From NCBI GenBank assembly GCA_964566955.1, contig CAZMKQ010000002.1:8171-72170 (forward strand): DNA of 64,000 nucleotides, given 5' to 3'. This document shows, piece after piece, positions 63,248 to 64,000 of this stretch. Each line of letters begins with the position of its first letter. Position 1 is the first letter of the stretch. The DNA comes from an uncultured Caldilineaceae bacterium (GTDB lineage: Bacteria; Chloroflexota; Anaerolineae; Caldilineales; Caldilineaceae). The translations under genes and the position numbers were made by a program. Under the pieces are notes generated by a model. It saw nothing but the letters and a program-made list of their open reading frames with translations, was not told the DNA's origin and searched no databases.

Positions 63248-64000
63248 ATGAACTTCGAGAAGCTTTGCCAAACTGCCAGGGATCTGGTCGCGCCAGGCAA
63301 GGGCATTCTGGCTGCTGATGAGAGTTCTGGAACGATCCAGAAGCGCTTTGACAGCATCAGCGTGCCGTCCACGGCGGACAACCGACGCGACTACCGGGAA
63401 CTGTTGTTCACCACACCAGGGGTTGAGGAGGCGATTAGTGGCGTCATTCTGTATGACGAAACCCTTCGCCAGGAGTCGTCGTCCGGCAAGCGACTGGCCG
63501 AGGTGCTGGCGGATCGCAACATCATTCCCGGCATCAAGGTCGATGCCGGGGCCAAGCCTCTGGCAGGTTGTCCGGGGGAATCTGTAACCGAGGGCTTGGA
63601 CGGCCTGGCCGACCGACTGGCCGAATATGTCAACCTCGGCGCCAGGTTCGCCAAGTGGCGCGCGGTGATCGACATCAGCGACACCCTGCCGTCCGCGAAC
63701 TGCATCGAAGTGAACGCCCATGCCCTGGCCCGGTACGCGGCCCTGTGCCAGGAGTACGGTTTGGTGCCCATCGTTGAGCCGGAAGTGCTGATGGATGGCG
63801 GCCACGGCATCGAGCGCTGCGAAGAAGTCACGACCGACGTACTTCACGCCACCTACCACCACCTGCATCTGCAGGGCGTGAAGCTGGAGGGCACGCTGCT
63901 CAAGCCCAACATGGTGCTGCCGGGCAAACTGTCGGGGGCGACAGCCACCCCGGAGGAAGTGGCGGAAGCCTCGTTGCGGGCCTATTACCGAGCCGTACCC
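63248..64000 (+). CDS. fba: Fructose-bisphosphate aldolase, class I; 3' end truncated by the window edge
   Basis: This gene is not in the ORF track because no stop falls inside the window. My hand translation gives 'MNFEKLCQTARDLVAPGKGILAADESSGTIQKRF...NRRDYRELLFTTPG...ISGVILYDETL...IIPGIKVD...FAKWRAV...LVPIVEPEVLMDG...LLKPNMV'. GGGAGAAG precedes the ATG. Confidence 0.9.
   Translation, partial: MNFEKLCQTARDLVAPGKGILAADESSGTIQKRFDSISVPSTADNRRDYRELLFTTPGVEEAISGVILYDETLRQESSSGKRLAEVLADRNIIPGIKVDAGAKPLAGCPGESVTEGLDGLADRLAEYVNLGARFAKWRAVIDISDTLPSANCIEVNAHALARYAALCQEYGLVPIVEPEVLMDGGHGIERCEEVTTDVLHATYHHLHLQGVKLEGTLLKPNMVLPGKLSGATATPEEVAEASLRAYYRAVP

Noticed and set aside
1-64000. CRISPR arrays, rRNA genes, reverse transcriptases (retron/DGR) or Cas/TnpB/IscB-type effectors
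   Set aside because: I saw no regularly spaced direct repeats. No translated frame shows YxDD reverse-transcriptase motifs or RuvC/HNH effector-like ORFs. The only transposase-like sequence is the decayed IS607 remnant.

Overview
High-GC bacterial chromosomal segment, roughly 60-65% GC by eye. The taxon cannot be determined from sequence alone; the gene content has a Chloroflexota- or Actinobacteria-like flavour, which is inference only. Most of the window is housekeeping DNA.

Main blocks, in order:
- A sugar-acid catabolism trio (enolase-superfamily dehydratase, aldo/keto reductase, SDR).
- A URO-D-like gene next to an orphan molybdo-hydroxylase large subunit.
- The fchA-folD one-carbon pair.
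- lon, which is split by an apparent frameshift.
- An LCP / UbiA-prenyltransferase / sulfatase envelope operon.
- The ffh-rpsP-KH-rimM cluster, an ECF sigma factor and mdh.
- A 9-gene aromatic amino-acid supraoperon: aroH-pheA-DAHP synthase-tyrA-aroA-aroE-trpB-trpA-trpA'.
- A large secreted S8 protease.
- A DtxR/MntR-regulated metal ABC transporter.
- A class I FBP aldolase that runs off the 3' edge.

Accessory or unusual parts:
1. A nuclease-rich island at about 7.9-13.5 kb. It holds a single-polypeptide MmeI-family Type IIL restriction-modification enzyme, flanked by a long Uma2 nuclease and a shortened AAA-ATPase-like/PDDEXK_9 gene.
2. A 1.1 kb ORF-free, lower-GC region (16.4-17.5 kb) with a long-range 13-bp helix enclosing nested helices. 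I read it as a candidate large structured RNA. It has RNase P-like motifs, but I could not fold a canonical rnpB.
3. A decayed IS607-like element at about 26-27.1 kb.
4. A Tyr/Phe-codon-rich leader ORF (below the 60-aa cutoff of the ORF track) with an antiterminator/terminator pair in front of the aromatic operon. This looks like classical ribosome-mediated attenuation.
5. A tandem duplication of trpA in which the second copy carries an in-frame TAG.

I found no CRISPR array, rRNA or convincing tRNA. Many long ORFs in the six-frame track are antisense shadow ORFs typical of high-GC DNA and are not reported.
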